Shown in pieces: positions 11,674-23,523 of a DNA stretch of 64,000 bases. Within the stretch, counting starts at the first letter, position 1, and each line of letters starts with the position of its first letter. Origin of the DNA: Prorocentrum cordatum (taxonomy: Eukaryota); the NCBI GenBank assembly GCA_963575745.1, contig CAUYUJ010000325.1, positions 1 to 64,000 of the forward strand, in the 5' to 3' direction. The notes under the pieces are model-generated. The model had not been told where the DNA came from. It saw only the letters and a program-made list of their open reading frames with translations, and made no database searches. Made by a program: the position numbers and the translations under genes.

Positions 11674-13034
11674 CTACCTCAAGAGCGTTTGCGACGCCGC
11701 CGCCCTGCGATCACGTATCTTGGGGAGCCACACGAAACATGGATGCTTCACGGACTTGTTGAAGAACCTCCTGCGCTTCCCATTGGCGGGCTTGGCGGGG
11801 GAATCGTCCTCGCCCAGACGTATCCGCCACCGCGCCCTGCGGCGCGGAGTGGGCGTGTCCTCAACTCCTTCCTCTGAGCCTCAGTCCTAAGTCCTGGGGA
11901 GTCTTCAAGGGGGCCGGAGCCCGAATCCCGAAATCTCCCGGGGCTTGCCGCTGCTTGTCGCGCGACTCTGGGGGGCGATTTTTCACGCCCTCACGAGGAT
12001 CGTGGCCTCCGAGGGAGCTCCGACCTCGAGCGCACCCCCTCCCGCCCCGATAAGCACCCAAGAGGCCTCTTGGGGCGCTCTTGGGAGACTTGGGTGCGCT
12101 CCCCCAAATGGCCCGCGGAGCGGCGACAGAACGGCGAACAGGAATCCAGTTCGCCGAAGTGGTGCCGCCCAGGAGGCACCTGAACGACGAGCTGGAGTCC
12201 GGTTCGCCGAAGTGGCGCCCCCGAGACGCGCAAAACGGCAAACTGACATCCAGTTCGCCGTTCTGGCCTTCCCGAGAGGCCCACGAAACGGCGAACTGGA
12301 ATCCAGCTCGCTTTTCTGGCGCCACCCAAAAATCAAAAAAAGGCCCACAGAGCGGCGACATAACGGCGAACTGGAATCCAGTTCGCCAAAGTGGCGCGCC
12401 CAAGATGCGCCCGAGAGGCCCCGAGGGGCCCCGAAGACGCCCCCAAGAGGCCCCAATGGGGCTCCCAAGAAGCCCCCAAGAGGCCCCCAAGAAGCCCCAA
12501 GAGGCCCCTAAGAGACCACCAAGAAGCCCCGAGAGGCCCCCAGGAGGCCCCAAAGAGGCCAACCACGAGATCCCAACCAACATCCATGAGGCCTCTGACT
12601 CACTACCCAGGCACGTTGGCGGATTTGACCGAAGGCCACTAGATATCATGCCATGCCCGCGCATCCCATAGGCTGACCCTCTTCGCGGCGGGGGTCTGCG
12701 CAATCAGCCTGGGCGCCCCATCGCCCTTGGCCTCGACATGGGACATTGGACTGGTATCGACGCGAGCAGGAGGCGAGGAGGCGACCGCGCCACTGGCGAG
12801 GCTATCGGGAACGACGATGACCCGCCCGCCCCCAGCCTCGAAAGTGGCCCGAGCTGTCAGCTCCAGAGGGGAGGGGCCCGCGTCATCATCGGACTCTCGA
12901 ATGGTATCTGCAATGCTAACGGGGCTCCCCGTTACATCGATGACATGCGCACTTGAAACTGCCATTGCAAGCAGACGGAGCCCAAACGCCTGCTTGATCG
13001 AAGGCCCCACCCCCAGAAGTGATTTACTACTCAT
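11674..13034 (-). pseudogene. Uncharacterised ORF/exon interrupted by the element at 11823-12643
   Basis: The 131-aa ORF stops inside the element end. Removing 11823-12643 restores the frame ...AWHDI-RLGEDDSPAKPANGKRRRFFNKSVKHP... up to AG|GTAGG at 11677. Confidence 0.55.
11823..12643 (+). mobile_element. Non-autonomous Helitron/Helentron-like element C, copy 1
   Basis: 5' TCCGCCACCGCGCC; 3' GGCACGTTGGCGGA (subterminal inverted repeat), TGACC-GAA-GGCCA hairpin and CTAGA. Inserted at A|T with no clear TSD. Confidence 0.75.
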
Positions 13035-13320
13035 TTATGTGATTGAGGGCGAGCGCTGGCTTGACAGGAAATGTTGGTCGGGGCGATCGGTTTTTTCTTT
13101 GAAAGAAAAATCAAGCAGAGCCAAAATGGTTCCTCCTCCTCCCCCTCCTCCTCCTCCCCCTCCTCCCCCTCCTTCCCCCTCCTCCTCCTCCTCCTCCTCC
13201 TCCTCCTCCTCCTCCTCCTCCTCCTCCTCCTCGTCCTCCTCGTCCTCCTCCTCCTCCTCCTCCTCCTCCTCGCCTCCCCCTCCTCGAGAATTCGTCGCAA
13301 CAGAGAGGCCGCCAGGGAGG

Positions 13321-13535
13321 TCAAGCGCAGACGGCGCGCTCCCTGGAATTTCTCTGCCATCTTGTGGCCAGAGTAGCCTTCTGGCTGTCACGGAGTCTGC
13401 GCTTTCAGTTTCCCTCTTCATTCCACTCCGGGTGCCCATCTGCGGCCCCAGAGCCTATGCAAAGTCATAGCACGCCACACGCGTGGAGACACACAGAGCA
13501 CGACCCAGCGTCCCAGCCTGCGTCTTACCTACCTC
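13321..13535 (+). repeat. ~215-bp dispersed repeat, left copy of an inverted pair
   Basis: Near-identical reverse complement of 36221-36435. Confidence 0.9.
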
Positions 13536-14176
13536 CTCCTCCTCCTTCTCCTCCTCCTCCTCCTCCTCCTCGTCCTCCTCCTCCTCCTCCTCCTCCTCCT
13601 CCTCCTCCTCCTCCTCCTCCTCCTCCTCCCCCTCCCCCTTTTCCGTCCTCCCTTTCGCCCTCTCCTCACGGGCCCCGCCCCCGGGCCATGACCCTCCAAA
13701 TTATTTGTTGCATTTCGGGTCGCGGGTTTTTCTATATCCCTTCCCGGCGCATGTGGCTTCCCCCCCTACTCCACCGTCTAATCTTCTCCTCCTCCTCCTC
13801 CATCCTCCTCTCCTTCTCCTCCTCCTCCTCCTCCCCGCCTCCTCCTCCTCCTCCCCCTCCCTGGCCGAAGGATTCTGCCTCGAAGGGGGGGCCTCTCTTC
13901 CTCCTCCTCCTCACTCCTCCTCCTCCTCCTCCTCCCCCTCCCTCCTTCTCATTCCTCTCCTGCTCCTCCTCTTCCTCCTCCTCCTCCTCCTCCACCCCCC
14001 CTCTCCTCCTCATCCACCCCTCCCCCTCCTTCTCTCCTCTCCTCTCCTCCTCCTCCTCCTCCACCTTCTCCTCTCCTCCCCATTCTCCTCCTCCTCCTCC
14101 CCTCATCATCATCCTCCATCATCATCATTCACCAGATCATTTCATCATCATCATCAGCATCATCCATCATCATCAT

Positions 14177-14210
<34 letters not shown>

Positions 14211-15759
14211 CATCATCATCATCATCATCATCATCCCCTCCCACATCCCCTCCCCTCCCCTCCTCCTTCCTCCTCCTCTCCCCCTCCTCCTCCTCCTCCT
14301 CCTCCTCCTCCTCCTCCTCCTCCTCCTCCTCGCCCTTCCGCGGTCCCGTCCACCAGGGATAAGCAAACCAGGAAGCTGAATAAGGCTGAGCGTGGCCTCC
14401 ACCCCACGACGGATGAAGCTTTAGACGGCTAAATTGTTCTTGGCGGTGGTGCTGGCCCTATCCTGGGGGCATGTGCCGCCCACGCTCGTCTCACTCCCTT
14501 CCTGGCGCCGAAATTCGTGACATTTTCGTTGCGTCTTGAATTGGGATGCGATTTATTATCTCCGGGCTGACCGCCAGCTCGGCTTGCTGGCATGTGTTCG
14601 TAGGGAGTTGGGACACAGTTGCCCGGCGTTTTCCCCTAGCGTGCCATGCCCGTGCTGTCTCTTCTATAGACTGCTGCTGTTCGGTCACACGGACGGCATG
14701 TAGTCGGCGCCCACCTCCTCCTCCTCCTCCTCCTCCTCCTCCTCCTCCTCCTCCTCCTCCTCCTCCTCCTCCTCCTCCTCCTCCCCCCCTGGCTGAAGGA
14801 ATTTCTGCCCTTGACGGGGGGGGCCTCCCCCTTCTCCTCCTCTTCCTCCTTTTCCTCCTCCTCCTTCTCCTCCTCCTTCTCCTCTCCGCTCCTCCTCTCC
14901 CCTCCTCCTCTCCTCCTCCTCCTCCTCCTCCTCCCTCCCTCCTCCTCCTCCTCTCCTCCTCCTCCTCCTCCCCCCCTCCTGCTCCTCCTCCGCCTCCTCC
15001 TCCTCCTCCTCCTCCTCCTCCTCCTCCTCCTCTTGCGTCGCCCCGTGGCCGGACGCATCTCGACGTGTCCCGCTGAGGCCCTGGAAGCCTCCGCGCAGGT
15101 CTGAGACGACAAGTCCGAAGTTGAAAGGCGGGCGTGAAAGTGGAGCAGCAGGGCGCAGGGGGGCGCATATGAATGGGCCGGAGGAGGTTGGGCGGAGGGA
15201 GGGGGTTGGAGGTGCGCCGGGGGTGGTCTCTCAACGCGGTTTCTATACGCGCCAATGTCGCAGCGCCTAGCAGGCGTGGCACTTTCTCGACACCGGAGGG
15301 GGTGCGCAGGGAGTGGTCTCTCACCGCGGTCCCTATACGCGCCAATGTCGCAGGGCCTAGCAGGCGCGGCACTTTCTCGACACCAAAAGGGGCAGGCCGT
15401 GGGCAGGAGTCAAAGGTGAAGCACTGCGCCCTCCTCCTCATCCCCCTCGCCCTCCTCCTCCTCGAACGCTCGGTCGGAAGTCGCCCCGCGCGCGCAGCGC
15501 TGGAATCGCCGCGGCTGGACCCGCCACGCACGCGCGGCCAGAAGCGCCACGGCTGGAACCGCCACGGCTGGACCCGCTGCCACGCTAGCCTGGTCAGAAC
15601 ACTTGGGGCCACCGAGAAGCCGAGCAGCCAAGTGCAATTTCCCGCGGTTCATCGGCTCGCATTCCCAGAAAATAAACTGGACAACCGCAGAGTCCGCAGA
15701 GAGACGCACGACCCTTAGCAATCCGCTGCGGCCCTCAGGCATGCGACGAGCACCCGGGC

Positions 15760-16464
15760 CTAATCGACCTGGCGTGCACCTAGAAACGCCCTGGCGACAG
15801 CGTTTCCAAAAAGAACTGGGCACTCCTCAGACCGACTGAGCGCGGCTTTCTTGCCGTACACCTTCTGACCGTCGTTGCCGCTGCGGTAGTAGTAGAGCTT
15901 CTGAGATTTCAAACTCTTCCTGCGCTTGAGATTCCGGACCCAAGAAGCACTGCTGAATAGCCTCACTGGCTTACACGTCTCAGACCCAAAAGCCCCGAGA
16001 TATGTTGTCGTGGGGACAGCGTTGGACAAGTCCATAAACCTTCTGAGAGGTGGAACATGGAACAGCAAAGAACTCATTGGCTGCTCTATCACGCTGTCGA
16101 CCCGAATCATGAACGCCACGATGCATTTCATGACAACTTTCAGCACGACCTCGTTTGCGACGCGGACGCACGGCAACGCAGTCCGACCGAACCAATTGGA
16201 TTTGCTCCTCTTCGTGGAATAGCGACATATCCACACCCAAGTTTTGCACTCTACTCCATTCCACTCCGCTGCCCCTGCCCGGGTACACAAGAGGGAGCAA
16301 AGCCACGCGCGGAAACCGACGGGCGACGCCAAATCGTGCCCCGCCCGCTCGTACTTGATATCGAAGCACTTCACGCGGAGGCCTACGTTGATCATGGCCT
16401 TGGTGAGCGTGGCCTCCCCGGAGAAGTACTCGATGAAGTCCGCGAGCTTGCTCGAGGGCCTGCC
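15760..16464 (-). CDS. Cytosine-5 DNA methyltransferase-like catalytic domain, last exon
   Basis: Uninterrupted 235 codons with FIEYFSG (motif I-like), CFDI (II), HDL (III), WNGVECKTW (IV-like, Cys kept), VIEQP (VI-like), YLGAFG..CKP (VIII-like) and C-terminal CPVLFGNAVARAF (X-like). Candidate acceptor CAG|GGC. Confidence 0.75.
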   Translation of the reverse strand, partial: GRPSSKLADFIEYFSGEATLTKAMINVGLRVKCFDIKYERAGHDLASPVGFRAWLCSLLCTRAGAAEWNGVECKTWVWICRYSTKRSKSNWFGRTALPCVRVANEVVLKVVMKCIVAFMIRVDSVIEQPMSSLLFHVPPLRRFMDLSNAVPTTTYLGAFGSETCKPVRLFSSASWVRNLKRRKSLKSQKLYYYRSGNDGQKVYGKKAALSRSEECPVLFGNAVARAFLGARQVD

Positions 16465-16850
16465 CTGCCCGCTGGCGCGAAATCGCCAAAGGGCCAAGCA
16501 CCCTGGGGGCACTGGCGGGGGGGGGGCAGCGCGGAGGAAGCCCGGGAGGGAGAATCGGGGCCAGAGGGGTTAAGAAGTGGCAGGGGCAACAGGATGCCAG
16601 AGGCCAGATATTGAAAGCGGAGGGGGGTCGACGGGAGGGCGCTCGCCCCAGAGACCGGCCATTGACCGACTGAGGAGGTTGATGGGGGGGAGGGGGTTGG
16701 AGGGAGAAGAGAAGGGGGCGGGGGTGGGATGAGAGGGGAGAGGAGGACGTGGGCAGGAGTCAAAGGTCAAGCACTGCGCCCTCCTCCTCACCCTCCTCCC
16801 TCCCCCTCCTCCTCCTCGAACGCTCGGAGCGCCCGGGGGCGCTCCCGCTC

Positions 16851-17169
16851 GACCTCCGGGGCGGTGCTTTTCTGACACCTCCCACGAGGATCGCGGCATC
16901 CGAGGCCCCCCCCCCCGCCCCGAGAGGCTCCAAGACTTGGAAGCCACGAGAGTTTCAAGAGGCCCCCTAGGTAGGAGCCCCGAGAGGCCCTAAAGAGCCC
17001 CCAAGAGGCTTCAAAACTGCCCCCAAGAGGCCTCCAGAGGCTTCGAAACTGCCTCCCTCCCAGATGCCCCAAAGAGGCCAACCGCGAGATCCCGACCAAC
17101 ATCCATGAGGCCTCACGCCTCGCGCCCACCACGTAGGCACGGTGGCGGGATAGGCCGAAGGCCATTAGA
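16851..17169 (+). mobile_element. Element C, 5'-truncated copy inside the DNMT intron
   Basis: 3' end GGCACGGTGGCGGGATAGGCCGAAGGCCATTAGA; the internal CCAAGAGG-rich body is shared with the other copies. Confidence 0.75.
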
Positions 17170-17295
17170 TACACAATACACACGCTTACACACACACACA
17201 CGCGCACACACACACACACCACGGGGGGGGCATCTACATATCCATACACATTCCCACATGCAGATACACATATCGCTGCCCCACCGCGCCCTGGC

Positions 17296-17640
17296 CCTCC
17301 AATTCGAGCGAATCCAAGCGCATACAGCAACCAGGATAATGAAGCACTTCGCAAAACTGATGCCCTTGAACTCGGGGAAGCTCGCAGTCATGTGCGAATG
17401 CGCCTTCTGCGTCAAAGAACCCGAAGGTGGGAAAACTACATCAACGAAGTTAGTGACTTTGGCGACCATCTCTGGGCCTACGTTCGCCATCGCAGTACTG
17501 ATGTCGATCTCCGACAGCACGGCGTCAAACTCCATGTCGGAGCACGGCGGCGACTTCGCCAGCTCGAACGGGTCAGCGGCGGCGGACAGATCCGCGGAGT
17601 GCCCGGAGTGCCCGGAGTGCGAGATGCCGCAGCGGTCGTC
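17296..17640 (-). CDS. Middle exon of the DNMT-like gene
   Basis: Coding-like segment of the 301-aa ORF (DDRCG...WIRSNWR); acceptor TTCAG|GAC; 345 nt, phase 0, with a candidate GC donor. Confidence 0.55.
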
Positions 17641-17856
17641 CTGAACGGGCGCCGGGCGCCCGGCGCGCGCAGAGCGGCGGGCAAGGGGGCTGGGTGGCCG
17701 ACGAAGCCAGGAGGGAGAGAAGGGGGAGGAGGAGGTGGCTGGAGGAGCAGGAGGAAGGAGGGAGGGGTGCAATAGCATGGGGGATGGAGGATGGAAGAGG
17801 CTTTCTCGCCTCCCAGACTCCCAGGCCCTGGCTCCTGACGATCCGCGCCCCCTGAC

Positions 17857-17976
17857 CCACAAAGAACGCAGGCGTCGCGGCAAGGCCCCCCTGTCCTCGT
17901 CGGACGACATGCAGCGAGAATCACGACGAGAGTCGCCGCTATCCGACATGCAACACGAGTCACCATCGGAAAACAT
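17857..17976 (-). CDS. Candidate first exon of the DNMT-like gene
   Basis: MFSDGDSCC...LRSLW then a TGG|GTCAGG donor, followed by a low-complexity intron-like stretch. Confidence 0.4.
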
Positions 17977-19689
17977 CGAACAATCCTGGATGATGAGAGC
18001 GGGGGCCGCGCCCCGCACAAATGCCCCTGCTGAAAGCTCGAGGGAGATGCCGACTCTCTAGGAGGACAAGGAAGAGGAGGGGGCATGAACAACACCCGTC
18101 GGACGGGCGCCGGCGCCGGCATGACTGCGGCGGGAGGACGAACAGCAGGGGCGCGAGACAAGCGGAAGGGGAGGGGGGCGGGACCAGAATGCGGCAGACG
18201 TTAGCCGACCCCCCCCCCACCCCGCCCCCCCACCCACCCGACCCCGCCCCGCCCACGCCCCGCCCCACCCCACCCCACCCCACACGCATCTACTGCTACT
18301 GCTACTAGCGTTGCACTAGTAGTGTATATACACTAGTAGTGTATATACACTAGTGTATACTTACACTACACTACAGTTACACTACACTATACTTACCTGT
18401 AGTGTAGTTTACACTACACGATATATGTATATACACAAGTAGTGTATATACATATAACGCGTAGGTATACATGCCATCTTGTGTTCTGGCATATATCAAT
18501 ATAATAATAGCTTATGTCCTACTATAGATCGCACACTTGGCCGCCGCGGCCCCCAGGCTTGGCCGCCTCCATGCTTACCTTGCCTTACCTTGCCTTACCT
18601 CACCTTATCTTACCTTATCTTATCTTATATTATCGTATATCATGTTGAATTTCGCGCAAGCGCGGCGCCCCGCGAAAGCTGCGAGAAAGCCGCCAGAAGC
18701 AGCAATAACTTGGAACGCACCCGAACCGTTGCGTTGAAAGCGACAGCGACCCGCGCCCCTGAACCTCCCGCCCTAGAGGCAAACACGACGCACATACGGC
18801 ACATGCCACGCGATTTCGAGCCGCGAGAGAACTCGACGCGTGCCGGCGGCCCGTGGAACCTGGACACACACTCCAAACGCGCTGGCGGGCGCGCCGCAAA
18901 CCCGGGAGCTGCACTGCGCGACGCGCGCGGCGGACACGGAGACAACGCCAGTCAACACGTAAACCCAAGTATCCCTAAAATTTTCCTAAAGTTTCCCCAA
19001 ATCCGCCCAGCGTAAACCTATGTAAACCTATAGTTTTCCCATCGTATTCCTATCGGCGGTGTGTGAGCGAAAACCTATGTATACCTACAGTTTTCCTAAA
19101 GTATCCCTAAAGACGTTGGGGAAACGTTGGGAAAACTTTAGGGATACTTAGGTTTACTGTTTCTGCGTGCTCGCCCACCGTCGATTCAAAGAGGTTTCGC
19201 TGCAGTCGCGCGCCCTTCCATGCTGTTGGTTTCGGCGCGGGCTGCGTCTTGCGCTCGAACGTCGTCGCCATGTTAGCTTTCGCTGTCGTTGTGCGCTGTC
19301 TCGTTGGGTCTCGCTGAAGTTTCAATGTTTTGCGTCGCGTCGCGCGGCGCTCCGGTGGCGATGGCCTCGTAGTGTTTTGAAGATGTTATGGCATGTTATT
19401 TTATGTGATGTTATGTGATGTAGGTCATGTTAGTATGTTATGGTGGTGTTGAGCCAACGTAGGATATGATGTGGTATGAGATGTTGTGATAGTATGATAG
19501 TACCATGATATGGCATGACATGTCAGTATTGTATGTTATGATAAGCCATGTTACTATGCTATGAAATGAAATGTTATGTTCATGGTGCAGGTTTGTGTAT
19601 ATGTGATATGTTGTTATGATACGTGATGATGATGTCAGACTGTGCTGTCCGTGTACCACTTTACTTATGGTACAGTGTGGCTGGCCACT

Positions 19690-20410
19690 ACTGTATCGTC
19701 CACAATGAAAAGTCGGCGCGTCCGTCGGCTGCCTCAAGGCTCCACAGAAAAGTTGACTGCAGTTTTGGGAATTACCAGGCGGCCTTCTTGTTGACAATAC
19801 AGACAACGCCCCAACGCGCGCGCGCGCGTAGGGGAGTTCGGTATTGTCCACAATGAAAAGTCGGCGCGTCCGTCGGCCTCCTTGAGGGTCCCCAGGAAAA
19901 GTTGAATTCAGTTTTTGGAATTACAAGGCGACCTTCTCATCGTTGATACTACAGCGCCCCACCGCGAGCGCGCGTGGGGAATTCTGCATTGTCCACAATG
20001 AAAAGTCGGCGCGTCCGTCGGCCCCCTTAAAGCACCACAGAAAAGTTGAATTCAGTTTTTGGAATTACAAGGCGACATTATGTTGGGGGTTCTGTATTGT
20101 CCACAATCAAAAGTCGGCGCGTCCGTCGGCCTCCTGACAGGTCACCAGAAAAAAACTGAATTCAGTTTTTGGAAGTTCCAGGCGGCCATCTTATTCTTGA
20201 CACTACAGCCCCCCAGAGCGCGCGCGCGCGTGGAGAGCTCTGTACCTGCCACAATCAAAAGTCGGCGCGTCCGTCGGCCTCCTTTAAGGTCCCCAGAAAA
20301 AGTTGCATTTAGTTTTTGGAATTACAAGGCGACCTTCCTACTGTTGACACTAGAAAAAAAAAAAAAGAAGAAAAAAAAGAGAAAGAAATAGAAAAAAAAA
20401 AAAAGACAAG

Positions 20411-20455
<45 letters not shown>

Positions 20456-22560
20456 CAAGAATAGAAAGACAAAAGAAAAAAAAAAAAGAAAAGAAAATGA
20501 GAAGAAAAAAATACCAAAAACAAAAAAAGCAACCGCAACGCGCGCGCGCGCGAGCGCGCCGCGCGCCGCGCGTGGGGAGTTTCTGTATTGTCCCACGATC
20601 AAAATCTCGGCGCGTCCCGTCGGCCTCCCTTAAAGGTCCCCCAGGAAAGTTGATTCAGTTTTTTGAATTTACAAGCGACCTCTTATTGTTTGAGAATAGA
20701 TCAACCCAACGCGCGCGCGCGCACGGTGGTGAGTTCTGTATTGTCCACAAGCAAAAATCTGCGCGTTCCGTCGGCTCCTTAAGGCCCTCCAGGAAAAGTT
20801 GAATTCCGTTTTTTGGAATTAACAAGGCGACCTTCCTTATTGTTGACAATAGATCACCCCAACGCGCGCGCGCGCTGCGCGCGCGCGCAGCGTTTGAGTT
20901 CTGTATTGTCCACCACAGAAAATCGGCGCGTCCGTCGCCTCCTTAAAGGTCCCCCAGGAAAAGTTTGATTTCAGTTTTGGAATTACAAAGCGACCTTCTT
21001 ATTGTTGCAATAGATCACCCCAACGCTGCGCGCGTGGTGAGTTCTGTATTGTCCACCATCAAAAATCGGCGCGTCCGTCGGCCTCCTTAAAGGTCCCCAG
21101 GAAAAGTTGAATTCAGTTTTTGGAATTACAAGGCGACCTTCTTATTGTTGACAATAGATCACCCCAACGCGCGCGCGTGCTGAGTTCTGTAGCGTCCACA
21201 ATCAAAAATCGGCGCGTCCGTCGGCCTCCTTAAAGTTCACTAGGAAAAATTGAATTCAGTTTTTGGAATTACAAGGCAACCTTATTATTGTTGATAATAG
21301 AGCACCCCAACGCGCGCGCGTGGGGAGAGTTCTGTATTGTCCACAAACAAAAATCTGCGCGTCCGTCGGCTTCCTTGAAGGTATCCAGGAAAAGTTGGAT
21401 TCAGTTTTTGAAATTACAAGGCGACCTTCTTATAGTTGACAATAGAGCGCCCCAACGCGCGCGCGCGTGGGTAGTTTTGTACTGTCCACCATCAAAAATC
21501 GGCGCGTCCGTCGGCCTCCTTAAAGGTCCCCAGGAAAAGTTGAATTCAGCTTTGGGAATTACAAGGCGACCTTCTTATAGTTGACAATAGAGCACCCCAG
21601 CGCGCGCGCGCGTGGTGATCTTTGTTTTGTCCACCATCAAAAATCGGCGCGCGCGTCGGCCTCCTTGAAGGTCACCAGGAAAAGTTGAATTCAGTTTGGG
21701 GAATTACAAGACGACCTTCTTATAGTTGACAATAGAGCACCCCAGCGCGCGCGCGCGCGTGGGGATCTTTGTATTGTCCACCATCAGAAATCTGCGCGCT
21801 CGTCGGCCTCCTTAAAGGTCTCCAGGAAAAGTGGAATTCAGTTTTGGGAATTACAAGGCGACCTTCTTATAGTTGACAATAGAGCACCTCAACGCGCGCG
21901 CGCGCGCGCGCGGGGACTTCTGCATTGTCCACAATCAAAAATCTGCGCGCCCGTCGGCCTCCTTAAAGGTCTCCAGGAAAAGTTGAATTCTGTTTTGGGA
22001 ATTACAAGGCGACCTTCTTATAGTTGACAATAGAGCACCTCAACGCGCGCGCGCGCGCGCGGGGGGACTTCTGCATTGTCCACAATCAAAAATCAGCGCG
22101 TCCGTCGGCCTCCTTAAGGCCCCAAGGAAAAGTTGAAATCAGCTTTTGGAATTAAAAGGCGACGACCTTATTATTGTTGACAGTAGATGACCCCAGCGCG
22201 CGTGCGCGCGTGGGGAGTTCTATATTGTCCACAATCACAAATCGGCGCGTCCGTCGGCCTCCTTAAAGGTCACCTGGAAAAGTTGAATGTAGTTTTTGGA
22301 ATTATAAGGCGACCTTCTTATTGTTGACAATAGAGCCCCCTCGCGCGCGCGCGCGTGGGGAGAGTTCTGTATTGTCCACAATCAAATATCGGCGCGCCCG
22401 TCGGCCTCCTTCAAGATCAACAGAACAGATGAATCCAGTTTTTGGAACTACAAGGCGACCTTCTTGTTGTTGACCATACAACATACAGCGCCCCACCGCG
22501 CGCGCGCGCCGCGACGCGCGCGGGGGGAGTTCTGTATTGTCCACAATGAAGAGTCGGCGA
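19690..22560. repeat. ~145-bp satellite, about 19 units, interrupted by an A-rich tract at 20353-20530
   Basis: Unit TTCTGTATTGTCCACAATCAAAAATCGGCGCGTCCGTCGGCCTCCTTAAAGG...TTATTGTTGACAATAGA...(CG)n. Confidence 0.97.
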
Positions 22561-22991
22561 CTTTTCGATTGTGGACAACGCAGCACTGCCCAACGGCGCG
22601 GGCGGCGGGTGACCCACCGACCGCGCCGGGTCACCCGAAATCCTGTCGGTCACTGCTGAGGGCCCAGTTTAGTTTCCAGGCCAACATAGCGACTTTTCGA
22701 TTGCGGACAATACATACAGCGCCCCCCAACGCGAGCGCGGCGGATGACCCACCCACCGCGCCAGGTCACCCGAAATCCTGTCGGTCACTGCTACTGCTAA
22801 GAGGTTACATCTGCGAATGCTCAACTTTCAACCTGACGCTGAAAATCTGGATGTTCATTTGAGTTGTGGTTTCTAGATTTCCGACAACTCAGAATGTGCT
22901 TTGACGCTGGCAGTACATACTTCTCAGTGCATCGCACACATACATTACACCTCACGCACAACACACACCACACCTACCAAGATACCTCATT

Positions 22992-22996
<5 letters not shown>

Positions 22997-23032
<36 letters not shown>
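22997..23032. repeat. (TA)n microsatellite
   Basis: Directly visible. Confidence 0.97.
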
Positions 23033-23037
<5 letters not shown>

Positions 23038-23051
23038 CAATCCACGCTAAA

Positions 23052-23523
23052 TCCGCCACCGTGCCCTGCGGCGCGGAGTGGGCGTGTCCTCAATTCCTTC
23101 CTCTGAGCCTCAGTCCTCAGTCTTGAGGGGTCTTTAAGAAGACCGGAGACCAAGTTCCGAAATCTCCCGGGGCTTGCCGCTGCTTGTCGCGAGACTCTGG
23201 GGGGGCTATTTTTGACGCCACTCGCGAGGATCGCGGCCTCCGAGGGGGCCCCGACCTCGAGCGCGCCCCCCCCCGCCCCAAGGAGCGCCCAAGAGGCGCC
23301 CCAGAGGCCCCAAGGGGCCCCGAAGACGCCCCCCAAGAGGCCCCAATGGGGCTCCCAAGAAGCCCCCAAGAGGCCCCCGAGAAACCCCAAGAGGCCTTTG
23401 AGAAGCCCCCCAAGAAGCCCCGAGAGGTCCCCAAGAGGCCAACCACGATATCCCAACCAACATCCATGAGGCCTCTGACTCGCTACCCAGGCACGGTGGC
23501 GGATTTGGCCGAAGGCCACTAGA
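23052..23523 (+). mobile_element. Element C, short full-ended copy
   Basis: Perfect inverted pair TCCGCCACCGTGCC / GGCACGGTGGCGGA, followed by TGGCC-GAA-GGCCA and CTAGA. Confidence 0.8.
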
